Position numbers and translations under genes: made by a program. 33,827 nt of DNA, from positions 1 to 33,827 of the forward strand of contig JAEEJM010000123.1 of NCBI GenBank assembly GCA_016281895.1. The letters run 5' to 3'. The DNA comes from Clostridiales bacterium. Lineage in GTDB: Bacteria > Bacillota > Clostridia > Oscillospirales > CAG-272. Below, piece by piece: positions 23,644 to 33,010 of this stretch (positions are counted from its first letter, which is position 1; each line of letters starts with the position of its first letter). The notes under the pieces are model-generated. The model had not been told where the DNA came from. It was given only the letters and a program-made list of their open reading frames with translations, and ran no database searches.

Positions 23644-25881
23644 ATGAATTCGAATGAAAAAAAGAAAAGATGGGTATTGCGGGAACCGGCCTTCCCGGAC
23701 GCAGACAGGGCCGAGAGAGAAAAGATAACGGGCAGGATAGCGGCCCAGTTCAACATTCCTACGTGCCTGGCCGAACTCATGTTCGACCGCGGCTGCGGCT
23801 CGGTCGAGGCCGCCGCGGCCTTCATCCACAACAACTACATCTCGGGCAGGGACCCCTTCCTGCTCACCGACATGGACAGGGCCGTCGCCCGCATAAAGAG
23901 AGCCATAGGGGACAGCCGCGAGAAGGTCGCCATCTTCGGCGACTACGACGTCGACGGCGTCACCTCCGTCAGCGCGCTCTATCTTTATCTGGTGTCGCGC
24001 GGCGTGCATGCCGGCTACTACATCCCCATGAGGGCAGACGGCTACGGCATGAGCCGCGAGTCGGTCGACCGCCTGGCCGAGCGGGGCGTAACCCTCATCA
24101 TAACCGTCGACACGGGGACCACATCCATTGAGGAGATCGAATACGCGGCCTCGCTGGGCATCGACACCGTCGTGACGGATCACCACGAGTGCCGCCCCGA
24201 GCTTCCCCCCGCGGTGGCCATCGTCAACCCGCACAGGCCGGGCGACACATACCCCTTCCGCGAACTTGCCGGGGTGGGAGTCACATACAAGCTGATCTCC
24301 GCCCTCGAGATGGACCGCGCGGACGCCGAAGGCAGGGACCGCTTCGAGGCCGAACGTGCCGTGCTGCTGAAGTACGCCGACCTCGTCGCCATAGGAACCG
24401 TCGCGGACGTCATGCCGGTCGTAGACGAGAACCGGATGCTCGTGTCGTTCGGTCTGAAGAAGATCCAGTCGTCGCCCCGCAAGGGCATCGCCGCCCTCAT
24501 CGAGGCCTCATCCAGGAAGAAGGAGCAGAGCCGCGATATAACGGCCAGCTTCATAGGCTTCACCATCGCCCCGAGACTCAACGCCGCCGGCCGCATGGAC
24601 AACGCGTCTCTGGCCGTCGAGCTCCTGCTGTCAGAGAGCGACGACGAGGCCTCCGAGATCGCCGCCCAGCTGTGCGAGATCAACCTGTCCCGCCAGATGG
24701 AGGAGAACAGGATAGCCTCCGAGGCAATAGCCAGGATACAGGAGGACGAGTCCTTCTTCGACGACAGCGTCATAGTGCTCGACGACGACAAATGGCGCCA
24801 GGGCGTCATAGGCATCGTCGCGTCGAGGCTGACGGAAAAATACGCAAAACCGACCATCCTCGTCACCTTCGAGGGCATGAGGACGCCGGGGCTGCCGTCG
24901 CCGCTCGACGTCGGCAAGGGCTCCGGGCGCTCGGTCAAGGGCATGAATCTGGTTTCGGCCCTGTCGTACTGCGACGGGCTGCTGCTGCGCTACGGCGGGC
25001 ACGAGCTTGCCGCCGGCCTCTCGGTGACGCGCGGCAACCTGCCCGAGTTCCGCCGCAGGCTGAACGAATACGCGAGGTCCCAGTTCGGAGACCTCGACTT
25101 CACCGTGACGTACGAGGCCGACATGGAGATATCCGCCTCGCAGATCACGCTGGACCTTGCCGAGAACATAAAGAAGCTCATGGAGCCCTGCGGGACCGGC
25201 AATCCGCCCCCTGTGTTCATACTCAGGGACGCGCGGGTGGTATCGCTGCGGCCGATCAGCGACGGCAAGCACACCAAGATCCTCGTCGAGAAGGACGGCC
25301 TCCGCTTTCAGGCCATCTTCTTCGGCATGTCTCCGGCCTCGCTCAACTACGACCAGGACGATTCCGTCGACCTGCTGTTCACGCTCAGCGTGAACAGGTA
25401 CATGGGCGAGACCTCCGCCCAGCTCATTCTTCAGGACATGAGCTTCTCGACCAGATTCTTCCGCCAGAGGGTGGAGGACCGCAGGAAGGTGGCCGAGCTC
25501 ATGGCCGGCGCCGTCTTTTCCCAGTCGGACCGCTATCTGCCCGACCGGACCGACTTTGTCAACTTCTACGGCGTCGTGAACGATCTCATCCGCGGAGGGA
25601 GGGACTCCTTCAGCGACCAGTACATCATGTTCCTGATGAACAGGCGCTTCCCGGCGGACCGGAAGATAAACTACGTGAAATACAAGCTGCTGCTGGCCAT
25701 CTTCGCGGAGCTCGATCTGCTGAAGGTCAGCCAGTATCCCTGCGTCCCCGATTCCCAGGCCAGCGAATGGGCCCTCCCCCAGGACTACGTGTCGGTCGTG
25801 AGGGTGAGCCATCCGGTCAAGGTCGATCTCGAATCCTCGGTGCTGCTCCGCAACCTCAGGGCGCAGTGCGGGGACACCTGA
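23644..25881 (+). CDS. recJ: Single-stranded DNA exonuclease RecJ
   Basis: GDYDVDG, ITVDTG, TDHH, GTVADV, PRLNAAGR, GSGRS, GGHELAAG. Start could be GTG 23620 or ATG 23644. Confidence 0.96.
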   Translation: MNSNEKKKRWVLREPAFPDADRAEREKITGRIAAQFNIPTCLAELMFDRGCGSVEAAAAFIHNNYISGRDPFLLTDMDRAVARIKRAIGDSREKVAIFGDYDVDGVTSVSALYLYLVSRGVHAGYYIPMRADGYGMSRESVDRLAERGVTLIITVDTGTTSIEEIEYAASLGIDTVVTDHHECRPELPPAVAIVNPHRPGDTYPFRELAGVGVTYKLISALEMDRADAEGRDRFEAERAVLLKYADLVAIGTVADVMPVVDENRMLVSFGLKKIQSSPRKGIAALIEASSRKKEQSRDITASFIGFTIAPRLNAAGRMDNASLAVELLLSESDDEASEIAAQLCEINLSRQMEENRIASEAIARIQEDESFFDDSVIVLDDDKWRQGVIGIVASRLTEKYAKPTILVTFEGMRTPGLPSPLDVGKGSGRSVKGMNLVSALSYCDGLLLRYGGHELAAGLSVTRGNLPEFRRRLNEYARSQFGDLDFTVTYEADMEISASQITLDLAENIKKLMEPCGTGNPPPVFILRDARVVSLRPISDGKHTKILVEKDGLRFQAIFFGMSPASLNYDQDDSVDLLFTLSVNRYMGETSAQLILQDMSFSTRFFRQRVEDRRKVAELMAGAVFSQSDRYLPDRTDFVNFYGVVNDLIRGGRDSFSDQYIMFLMNRRFPADRKINYVKYKLLLAIFAELDLLKVSQYPCVPDSQASEWALPQDYVSVVRVSHPVKVDLESSVLLRNLRAQCGDT

Positions 25882-25894
25882 TACGGAGGCGCAC

Positions 25895-28132
25895 ATGTCA
25901 GACGACGCAACGGCCGTCCGGTCCCGCGAGATCCTGGAACGGTTCGAAAAACTCATAACCATACTCGACGCCTCCGGCAGCCAGTACAACACCGAGAAGA
26001 TCCGCCGCGCGTTCGAGTACGCCTCGGCGCTCCACGAGGGCCAGTTCCGCGACAGCGGCGAGCCTTACATATCGCACCCGCTGGCCGTGGCCGAGATAGT
26101 CGCGGGCCTGCACCTGGACACTGATTCCATTTGCGCCGCCCTGCTGCACGACACTGTCGAGGACTGCGCAGACCGCACGAACCTGACAGAGCTCGAGAAG
26201 CAGTTCGGCAAGACCGTCGCCATGCTGGTGGACGGCCTTACGAAGATCGTCGCGCTATCGGTCGAGGACAAGGAAGAGGAGCACATCGAGAACCTGCGCA
26301 AGATGCTCCTGGCCATGTCCCGGGACATACGTGTCATCTTCATAAAGCTCTGCGACCGCCTGCACAACATGCGGACTCTCGGTGCCAAGCCCGAGAACAA
26401 GCAGAGGATCATCGCCCTCGAGACCATGCAGGTCTACGCGCCGCTGGCCCACAGGCTCGGCATGCAGAAGGTCAAGCAGGAACTCGAGAACCTCGGCCTG
26501 CTGTACCTCGACCCCATAGGCTACCGCGAGGTCAGGGACGACATAGAAAAGAAATACGGCAACCACAGGGACTTCATCGACAGCGTGCGGTCGTTCGTCG
26601 ACACCAAGCTGACCGAATACGGGATCAGGTTCTCGCTCGAGGGGCGCATAAAGACGGTATACTCGATCTACAAGAAGATGTATACCCAGAACAAGAGCTT
26701 CGACGAGATCTACGACTTCTACGCCCTGCGCATAATAGTCGAGACGGAGCTCGAGTGCTACACCGTCCTCGGCATCATCCACGAGCTCTTCAACTCGATC
26801 CCCGGCCGCTTCAAGGACTACATATCCACACCGAAGCCCAACATGTACCGCTCGCTCCATACGACGGTCATAGGCCGCGACGGCATACCGTTCGAGGTCC
26901 AGATCCGCACGCGCGAGATGCACGAGATAGCCGAGTACGGTCTGGCCGCCCACTGGAAGTACAAGACGGGCGAGCAGAGCGGCGCGGAGCTCGACAAGAG
27001 GCTCGAATGGATAGCAAAGCTGATCGAGACCGAGGACGCCACCCGCGACCCCGACGAGTTCCTGGCGGCGCTCAAGACCGACGTCTTCCACGACGAGACC
27101 TACGTGTTCACTCCCAAGGGCGACGTCATCGCCCTGCCTTACGGCTCGACGGTCATTGACTTCGCCTACAGCATCCATTCCGCCGTCGGCAACAAGATGG
27201 TCGGCGCCAAGATAAACGGGATGATAGTGCCCATCGACCGCGTCCCGCAGAACGGCGAGATCGTCGAGATCATCACCTCGTCGGCGTCCAAGGGGCCGAG
27301 CCGCGACTGGCTGAACATCGTACGGACCTCGGAGGCGCGCACGAAGATCCGCGCCTGGTTCAAGAAGGAGAAGAGGGCGGAGAACATCCAGGTCGGGCGC
27401 GCCGCCATAGAGACCGAGCTGCGCAAGTCCGGACGGCCCTTCACGGACGCCCAGCTGAACGCGGTCTGCGAGGCCGTGGCCGGGCGCAACGGCTTCTCCA
27501 ACGCCGAGGACATGTTCAACACTATCGGCTACGGAGGGATACCGCTCACCAAGCTCATAGCCAAGCTGCGCGACGAGTTCGACCGCCAGGTGAGGCCCGA
27601 GGAGCCCGAGGTACCCATGACCACGGAGGACGTGGTCACATCGAAGCCGAAGAACATACGCACCGACAGCGGCGTCATAGTGGACGGGGCCGCGGGGTGC
27701 GCCGTCAAGTTCGCGAAGTGCTGCACACCGCTCCCCGGGGACCCGATCATCGGCTTCATTACAAAAGGCTTCGGGATCTCCGTCCACAAGCTCGACTGCC
27801 CCAACGTCCGCAACGGACTGCAGGTGCCCGAGCGGGCCGACAGATGGGTCAGGGTCGAGTGGGAGAACGCCTCGTCAGCCGCGGCGGGCGTCTACGAGTC
27901 CAACATCCGCATAGTGGCATCCGATTCGTACACCGTCATAGCCGATATCACGAGCGCGCTGGCCGACATGCGCGTCGCCATCCTTCAGATAAACTCGATG
28001 CACCGTCAGGACGGGACGGTATCCGTCTCCGTCAAGGTAGCGTGCAAGAACACGGACCACTTTAATTCCATTGTATCGAGACTGCGCGCTCTCAGGAACG
28101 TGCACACGGTCTCAAGAGGATTCTCACAATGA
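25895..28132 (+). CDS. relA: Bifunctional (p)ppGpp synthetase/hydrolase Rel
   Basis: Hydrolase LLHDTVED, DRLHNMRTL; synthetase GRIK, KDYI, EVQIRT; TGS; CC.P.PGD..H..DC; ACT domain. Confidence 0.97.
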   Translation: MSDDATAVRSREILERFEKLITILDASGSQYNTEKIRRAFEYASALHEGQFRDSGEPYISHPLAVAEIVAGLHLDTDSICAALLHDTVEDCADRTNLTELEKQFGKTVAMLVDGLTKIVALSVEDKEEEHIENLRKMLLAMSRDIRVIFIKLCDRLHNMRTLGAKPENKQRIIALETMQVYAPLAHRLGMQKVKQELENLGLLYLDPIGYREVRDDIEKKYGNHRDFIDSVRSFVDTKLTEYGIRFSLEGRIKTVYSIYKKMYTQNKSFDEIYDFYALRIIVETELECYTVLGIIHELFNSIPGRFKDYISTPKPNMYRSLHTTVIGRDGIPFEVQIRTREMHEIAEYGLAAHWKYKTGEQSGAELDKRLEWIAKLIETEDATRDPDEFLAALKTDVFHDETYVFTPKGDVIALPYGSTVIDFAYSIHSAVGNKMVGAKINGMIVPIDRVPQNGEIVEIITSSASKGPSRDWLNIVRTSEARTKIRAWFKKEKRAENIQVGRAAIETELRKSGRPFTDAQLNAVCEAVAGRNGFSNAEDMFNTIGYGGIPLTKLIAKLRDEFDRQVRPEEPEVPMTTEDVVTSKPKNIRTDSGVIVDGAAGCAVKFAKCCTPLPGDPIIGFITKGFGISVHKLDCPNVRNGLQVPERADRWVRVEWENASSAAAGVYESNIRIVASDSYTVIADITSALADMRVAILQINSMHRQDGTVSVSVKVACKNTDHFNSIVSRLRALRNVHTVSRGFSQ

Positions 28133-29640
28133 TACTTCACATAGAAGGCGATATCAACAGATATTACGTCCAGACGCTGTGTATGGTGTTCTTCCCGGGC
28201 GCATCGTTCCCGTCATTCGAGCAGCCCGGCCCGGGCGTGCCCGAGCTCTCGGTCTCGCTGACGTCAGAGGGAGAGGTGTTCCGGGCGTGCGCCGAGGCCG
28301 CGTACGAGGGGAGGACCGCAAGGGCCGAAAAGGAGAGGGCCCTGTCCGATCCTTCTTCCGTCGAGCGGTGCGGCAAGCAGGCCGTCGGCGAGGCCGTCAT
28401 AGCCGCGCTCGGCGAGCTCATGGAATACCGCCCGTCATGGGGAATACTCACCGGCGTGAGGCCGGCAAAGGTCGCCACCGAGCTGCTCAAAAAGGGACTC
28501 AGCAAGACCCGCGTCAGGAAGACGCTCGTCATGGACTACATGGTCTTCCCGAAGAAGGCCGTGCTTGCCACCGACGTCGCGCTCAACGAGCAGCGCATCG
28601 TCGGCAGACCGGATCCCCGCGACTGCAGCATCTACGTCTCGATCCCGTTCTGTCCGACCAGATGCGCCTACTGCTCGTTCGTCTCGTACACGTCTAAGCG
28701 CCTGCTGTCCCTCATCCCGGATTACGTCGACCGGCTGTGCGCCGACATCGTCCGCATATGCGGCGAGATCCGCAGCTACGGACTGAACGTCAAGACCGTC
28801 TACTTCGGCGGGGGGACTCCGACCGTGCTCGAGCCGGAGCAGATAGTCAGGATACTGTCAGTGCTGAGAGAGGGCCTCGGAGGGGCAGAGCCCGAGGAGT
28901 TCACCTTCGAGTCCGGCCGCCCGGACACTATCACAAGAGAAAAGCTGGACATACTCCGCTCGTTCGGCGTCGACCGCATAAGCGTCAACCCGCAGACCCT
29001 CTGCCCCGAGGTGCTGGAGGGCATCGGACGTCACCATACCGTAGACGATTTCTTCAGGGTTTACGAGCTGGCGTCGGACGCCGGCATAGGGACCATAAAC
29101 ACCGACCTCATCGCCGGTCTGCCGGGCGACAACTTCACCCGCTTCTCCCAGTCTGTGGACGGGATCATCGCCCTGCACCCGGGCAACGTCACGGTCCACA
29201 CCTTCTGCATAAAGCGCTCGTCGCAGTTCCGCCAGACGGACAACCTCTACTCGATGAGGGGCGGAGACGCCGGAAAGTGCGTGGACTACTCGCAGATCAA
29301 GCTCCGCCAGGCCGGATACATCCCCTATTATATGTACCGCCAGAAGAACACCGTCGGCAACTACGAGAACGTAGGTTTCTCCGTGCCGGGCAGGGAGGGC
29401 AGGTACAACATCTACATGATGGAGGAGATCCATTCCATCATTGCCGTGGGCGCGGGAGCCGTCGCGAAGTTCGTGCGCGGCGACGCCGCGGACGGGGCGG
29501 CCATCAAGAGGTATTACAATCCCAAATATCCTTACGAATACCTCAGCAGGGGCACCTGCGACGGACTGATCGACGCGATCAGGGGCTTTTACTCCGGCTT
29601 TGCCGGACCTGCCGCGGAGGACTGCAGCAATGAGACTTGA
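28129..29640 (+). CDS. hemZ: HemZ-like radical SAM protein
   Basis: WGILTGVRP, IPFCPTRCAYCSF, YFGGGTPT, GRPDTI, PYYMYRQK, YNIYMMEE; ATGA overlap with rel. Confidence 0.88.
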   Translation: MILHIEGDINRYYVQTLCMVFFPGASFPSFEQPGPGVPELSVSLTSEGEVFRACAEAAYEGRTARAEKERALSDPSSVERCGKQAVGEAVIAALGELMEYRPSWGILTGVRPAKVATELLKKGLSKTRVRKTLVMDYMVFPKKAVLATDVALNEQRIVGRPDPRDCSIYVSIPFCPTRCAYCSFVSYTSKRLLSLIPDYVDRLCADIVRICGEIRSYGLNVKTVYFGGGTPTVLEPEQIVRILSVLREGLGGAEPEEFTFESGRPDTITREKLDILRSFGVDRISVNPQTLCPEVLEGIGRHHTVDDFFRVYELASDAGIGTINTDLIAGLPGDNFTRFSQSVDGIIALHPGNVTVHTFCIKRSSQFRQTDNLYSMRGGDAGKCVDYSQIKLRQAGYIPYYMYRQKNTVGNYENVGFSVPGREGRYNIYMMEEIHSIIAVGAGAVAKFVRGDAADGAAIKRYYNPKYPYEYLSRGTCDGLIDAIRGFYSGFAGPAAEDCSNET

Positions 29641-29914
29641 CAAGTATCTGAAGGTATCCCGCATCATAAAGCGCCGCACCGTCGCCAACGAGGCCTGCGA
29701 CGGCGAGCGGGTCACTGTCAACGGCCGCACGGCGCGAGCCTCTTACGAGGTGAAGCCCGGCGACCTCATCACGATCGGCTTCGGGCGCAGGCCGCTGACC
29801 GTGCGTGTGCTGAAGGTCGCCGAGACCGTAGGCAAGGACGGGGCGTCCGAGCTCTACGAGGTCGTCGACGAGGGACAGGCCGCGGACGCCGGACCCGCCC
29901 GGACCGGCGGCTGA
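29630..29914 (+). CDS. rqcP: S4-domain RNA-binding protein, YabO/RqcP type
   Basis: MRLDKYLKVSRIIKRRTVANEAC..ERV.VNG...VKPGD; start moved to ATG 29630. Confidence 0.85.
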   Translation: MRLDKYLKVSRIIKRRTVANEACDGERVTVNGRTARASYEVKPGDLITIGFGRRPLTVRVLKVAETVGKDGASELYEVVDEGQAADAGPARTGG

Positions 29915-29933
29915 CGGAAACGGAGGTGAGGGC

Positions 29934-30257
29934 GTGCCTGACAGAAGGACAAGGCCATCCGCCGCCGGGGACGACACCCCCCTCGGCAAGGCCGGCATAT
30001 TCATAAAGATCTCCGCCGTCATAATCGTGCTGTTCCTTGTTATAATATCCTTCAAGATGTTCATGGACTACACGCGGCTACTTCAGCAGAAGGAGATACT
30101 CGAGAAGAACCTCGAGAAGCTCGACGGACGCATCGACGAGCTGAACTATTACATCTCATCCCCGATGGACGAGAACTACGTCAAAAAGTTCGCGAAGGAA
30201 CTGCTGGGCCTGGTCCCGCCGGACGAGGTCATATACATAACCGACGGGGACAAGTGA
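29934..30257 (+). CDS. Septum formation initiator (DivIC/FtsB family)
   Basis: One TM, leucine-zipper coiled coil, YVKKFAKELLGLV.PDE; GGAGGTGA RBS. Confidence 0.8.
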   Translation: MPDRRTRPSAAGDDTPLGKAGIFIKISAVIIVLFLVIISFKMFMDYTRLLQQKEILEKNLEKLDGRIDELNYYISSPMDENYVKKFAKELLGLVPPDEVIYITDGDK

Positions 30258-30353
30258 ACCCGAAGGGCAGATACACGACCGGCGCGGATCAGCGGAACCG
30301 ATAAAAATAATAAACACAACTTACGCTGATCAGCGGACCCGAAAGGAGAGCTC

Positions 30354-30614
30354 ATGAAAAAGATAACCTGGAAGACCTCCGGAACCTGTTCCTCGGCCAT
30401 CGACGTCGAGGTCGACGACGGGGGCGTCATCACATACGTAAAGTACCACGGCGGCTGCAGCGGCAACACGCAGGGCGTCGCGGCCCTCGTCACCGGCATG
30501 CACATGAACGAGGCGATCAGGCGCCTGGAGGGCATAAGATGCGGCTTCAAACCGACCTCGTGCCCGGATCAGCTGGCGCGCGCGCTGAAGTCGATGAAAC
30601 AGTCCGGGGAATAA
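30354..30614 (+). CDS. Small TSCPD-domain protein (TIGR03905-like)
   Basis: GTCS, GGCSGN, GIRCG, TSCPDQLA; AAAGGAG RBS. Confidence 0.9.
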   Translation: MKKITWKTSGTCSSAIDVEVDDGGVITYVKYHGGCSGNTQGVAALVTGMHMNEAIRRLEGIRCGFKPTSCPDQLARALKSMKQSGE

Positions 30615-30629
30615 AGGACCGGAAAAAAC

Positions 30630-30659
30630 AAAAAAGCCGCCCCGAAGGGCGGCTTTTTT
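30630..30659. terminator. Bidirectional Rho-independent terminator
   Basis: AAAAAAGCCGCCC-CGAA-GGGCGGCTTTTTT between the convergent TSCPD gene and htpG. Confidence 0.9.
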
Positions 30660-30696
30660 CTTCATTCCTTCATCAGCCGCCCGCGGGCGGCGTCAG

Positions 30697-32811
30697 TCAT
30701 ATCATGCCTAGGATCCGGTAGCTGTCGGAGAGGAAGGCTGAGAGCTCCTCGGCCGTCAGCTTCTTCTGAGCCAGCAGCGCAAGCCGGTAGACGAAGGACG
30801 CGTAAGTGTCGGTGCCCGGATCGCCGGAGTCGGCTAGTTCGGACAGTCTCGCGAACGAGGGGGCGGCCGTGTTGAGCGTGAGGGTGTAGTCGAGAGGGAA
30901 CTGCGGGCGGTCGTCGCCGGGGGCGGCGTAAAGCTTCATCATGTCCTCGAAGCGGCGGGACTGTTCGCTCACCAGCAGCACGGCGGGGACGCCGGCGTCC
31001 TTCATTTTCTCGGCGCAGACTTTGAGCTTGTCGTTGCCGGAGATCCTGCGGAAGAGGGAGGTGAGGGCTTCGCCGGCCTCGGCCGGGCCGTCCGGGGTCT
31101 TCTCGAGGGCTTCGGAAATGTCGGAGTCGACCCGGACGAAGCGCAGGCCCTCGCGGTACTCCTCGAGCGAGGTCAGGTACTGCGAATCGAGGAGCAGATC
31201 GAAGACGGCCACGCCGATGCCGCTTGCAGTGAGCATGGACACGTACTGCGCCTGAAGGGCGGGGTCGGACGTGTAATACACCGTGCCGTACAGGGGCTTG
31301 TCGCCGGAGCCTGCGGCGCTTCCGGATCCGGACTCCGCCTCCGCTCCGCCGCCGGCGGGAGTCTCGGCCTGCACGGCTCCTTCGGGGGCCTGCGCGGCAT
31401 CCGCGGCTCCTTCGGGGGTCTCATCCTTTGCGTCCGCTTCGGCGGGGCCGGGCCTGCCGCCCTTCTCGAGGTACTCGTCGATGGTCATGCAGCGCCTGTC
31501 GGTCAGTCTCAGCAGCAGGCTGCCGGCGACCCTGTCGTAGAACTTGCGGTCGCGCAGGCAGGCGTACTCTATGAAGATGCGGATGTCGCCGTAGACCTTC
31601 TCGTACTTCTCGCGGTCGGTGCGGCACAGGGAGTTTAGCTTGTCCGCCACCTTCTTCACTATGAACTGGGCGATGCGCTTTACGTACTGGTTGTCCTGCA
31701 GATAGCTTCTTGAGACGTTGAGCGGAAGCTCGGGGCAGTCGAGGGCGCCGCGCAGCATGAGCAGATAGTCCGGGAGGACCTCCTTTATGTTGTCGGCGAC
31801 GAAGACCTGGTTGTAATACAGCTTTACCTGGCCCTCGAGCGACTGGGTCTCGGTGCGGATCCTCGGGAAGTAGAGGATGCCGCGGAAGTTGAGCGGATAG
31901 TCCGCGTTTATGTGGATGTAGAAGAGCGGGTCGTCGGCGTCGCCGAACAGCTTGCGGTAGAAGGCGTTGTATTCCTCGGGCGTGATCTCAGAGGCCGGTC
32001 TGGCCCACAGCGGGATGGTCTCGTTGACCGGCTTCGGTCCGGCCGCCTCAGCGTCCTTTGCGCCGTCCGGCCCGTCCTCACCGTCCGTACTGCCGGCGGA
32101 GTTCCCGCTGCCGTCATCGAAATATACCGGGACTGGCATGAAGGAGCAGTACTTGTCGAGTATGCCGCGGATGCGGAAGGGATCGAGGTACTCCTTTTCG
32201 GCGTCGGATATGTGCATGGTAACGGACGTGCCGCGTTCGGTCCTGTCGGAGTCGGTCACGCTGTATTCTCCGGACTCGCCGCAGATCCAGTGCACGGCCT
32301 GCCCTCCGGTATAAGAGAGCGTGTCGATCTCCACGGTGTCGGAGACCATGAAGGACGAGTAGAAGCCGAGGCCGAAGTGGCCGATGATGCCGTTCGAGGC
32401 GGAATCCGAGCCGTCCTCCTTCTCGTACTTCTGTATGAAGTCGAGCGCGCCGGACAGGGCGATGGAGCAGATGTATCTGTAGAGTTCATCCTCCGTCATT
32501 CCGATGCCGTTGTCGGTCACGGTGAGCGTGCCGGCCTCGCGGTCGAGCTCGACGGTCACCCGCAGGTCCTCGCCCTCGGGAAGGGTGTACTCGCGCAGCG
32601 AGTCGAGCCTGCGCAGCTTAACGATGGCGTCGGAGGCGTTGGACTCTATCTCTCGCAGCAAGATGTCCTTGTCCGAATAGAGCCATTTTTTGATTATCGG
32701 GAAGATGTGGTTGGTCTCGACGGTGATACCGCCCTTTCTGGCGCCGTCGCGCTCCTTGTCCGCGGCCGCCTCGCCGGCGCCGGCTTTCTCGTTTCTTGTT
32801 TCGTCGGACAT
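30697..32811 (-). CDS. htpG: Molecular chaperone HtpG (Hsp90)
   Basis: KKWLYSDKDILLRE..SNASDA, DNGIGM, IGHFGLGFYS, LPLNVSRS.LQ. Start moved to ATG 32811 after AAAGAGGT. Confidence 0.96.
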   Translation of the reverse strand: MSDETRNEKAGAGEAAADKERDGARKGGITVETNHIFPIIKKWLYSDKDILLREIESNASDAIVKLRRLDSLREYTLPEGEDLRVTVELDREAGTLTVTDNGIGMTEDELYRYICSIALSGALDFIQKYEKEDGSDSASNGIIGHFGLGFYSSFMVSDTVEIDTLSYTGGQAVHWICGESGEYSVTDSDRTERGTSVTMHISDAEKEYLDPFRIRGILDKYCSFMPVPVYFDDGSGNSAGSTDGEDGPDGAKDAEAAGPKPVNETIPLWARPASEITPEEYNAFYRKLFGDADDPLFYIHINADYPLNFRGILYFPRIRTETQSLEGQVKLYYNQVFVADNIKEVLPDYLLMLRGALDCPELPLNVSRSYLQDNQYVKRIAQFIVKKVADKLNSLCRTDREKYEKVYGDIRIFIEYACLRDRKFYDRVAGSLLLRLTDRRCMTIDEYLEKGGRPGPAEADAKDETPEGAADAAQAPEGAVQAETPAGGGAEAESGSGSAAGSGDKPLYGTVYYTSDPALQAQYVSMLTASGIGVAVFDLLLDSQYLTSLEEYREGLRFVRVDSDISEALEKTPDGPAEAGEALTSLFRRISGNDKLKVCAEKMKDAGVPAVLLVSEQSRRFEDMMKLYAAPGDDRPQFPLDYTLTLNTAAPSFARLSELADSGDPGTDTYASFVYRLALLAQKKLTAEELSAFLSDSYRILGMI

Positions 32812-32872
32812 TGAAAAAGACCTCTTTTCGTTCCGCCGGACGTCGTCCGGCGGGTATTCTTTCATTGACAAT

Positions 32873-32901
32873 ATTATACTCCTTGCCGGGCCGGAAGTCA
32901 A
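32873..32901 (-). promoter_or_regulatory. Putative sigma-A promoter for htpG
   Basis: Minus strand TTGACT (32901-32896), 17 nt, TATAAT (32878-32873). Confidence 0.7.
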
Positions 32902-32932
32902 CTTACGGGCGCCCCGGAGACCGCTTTTTCTA

Positions 32933-32961
32933 TTGATTTCAGACCGCAGATGTGGTATTAT
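32933..32961 (+). promoter_or_regulatory. Putative sigma-A promoter for ispE
   Basis: TTGATT (32933-32938), 17 nt, TGg-TATTAT (32956-32961). Confidence 0.6.
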
Positions 32962-33010
32962 TATATAATGCAAAAGCGGCCCGTCCCCGGGCCGGGCTTC
33001 GGGAGGTAGC

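Noticed and set aside
24189-25958. 589-aa alternative-frame ORF inside recJ
   Set aside because: Arg/Pro/Gly-rich composition typical of off-frame translation of GC-rich DNA; no domain signal.
30310-30330. NrdR box upstream of the TSCPD gene
   Set aside because: Only the ACAC half resembles the consensus; the palindromic half is missing.
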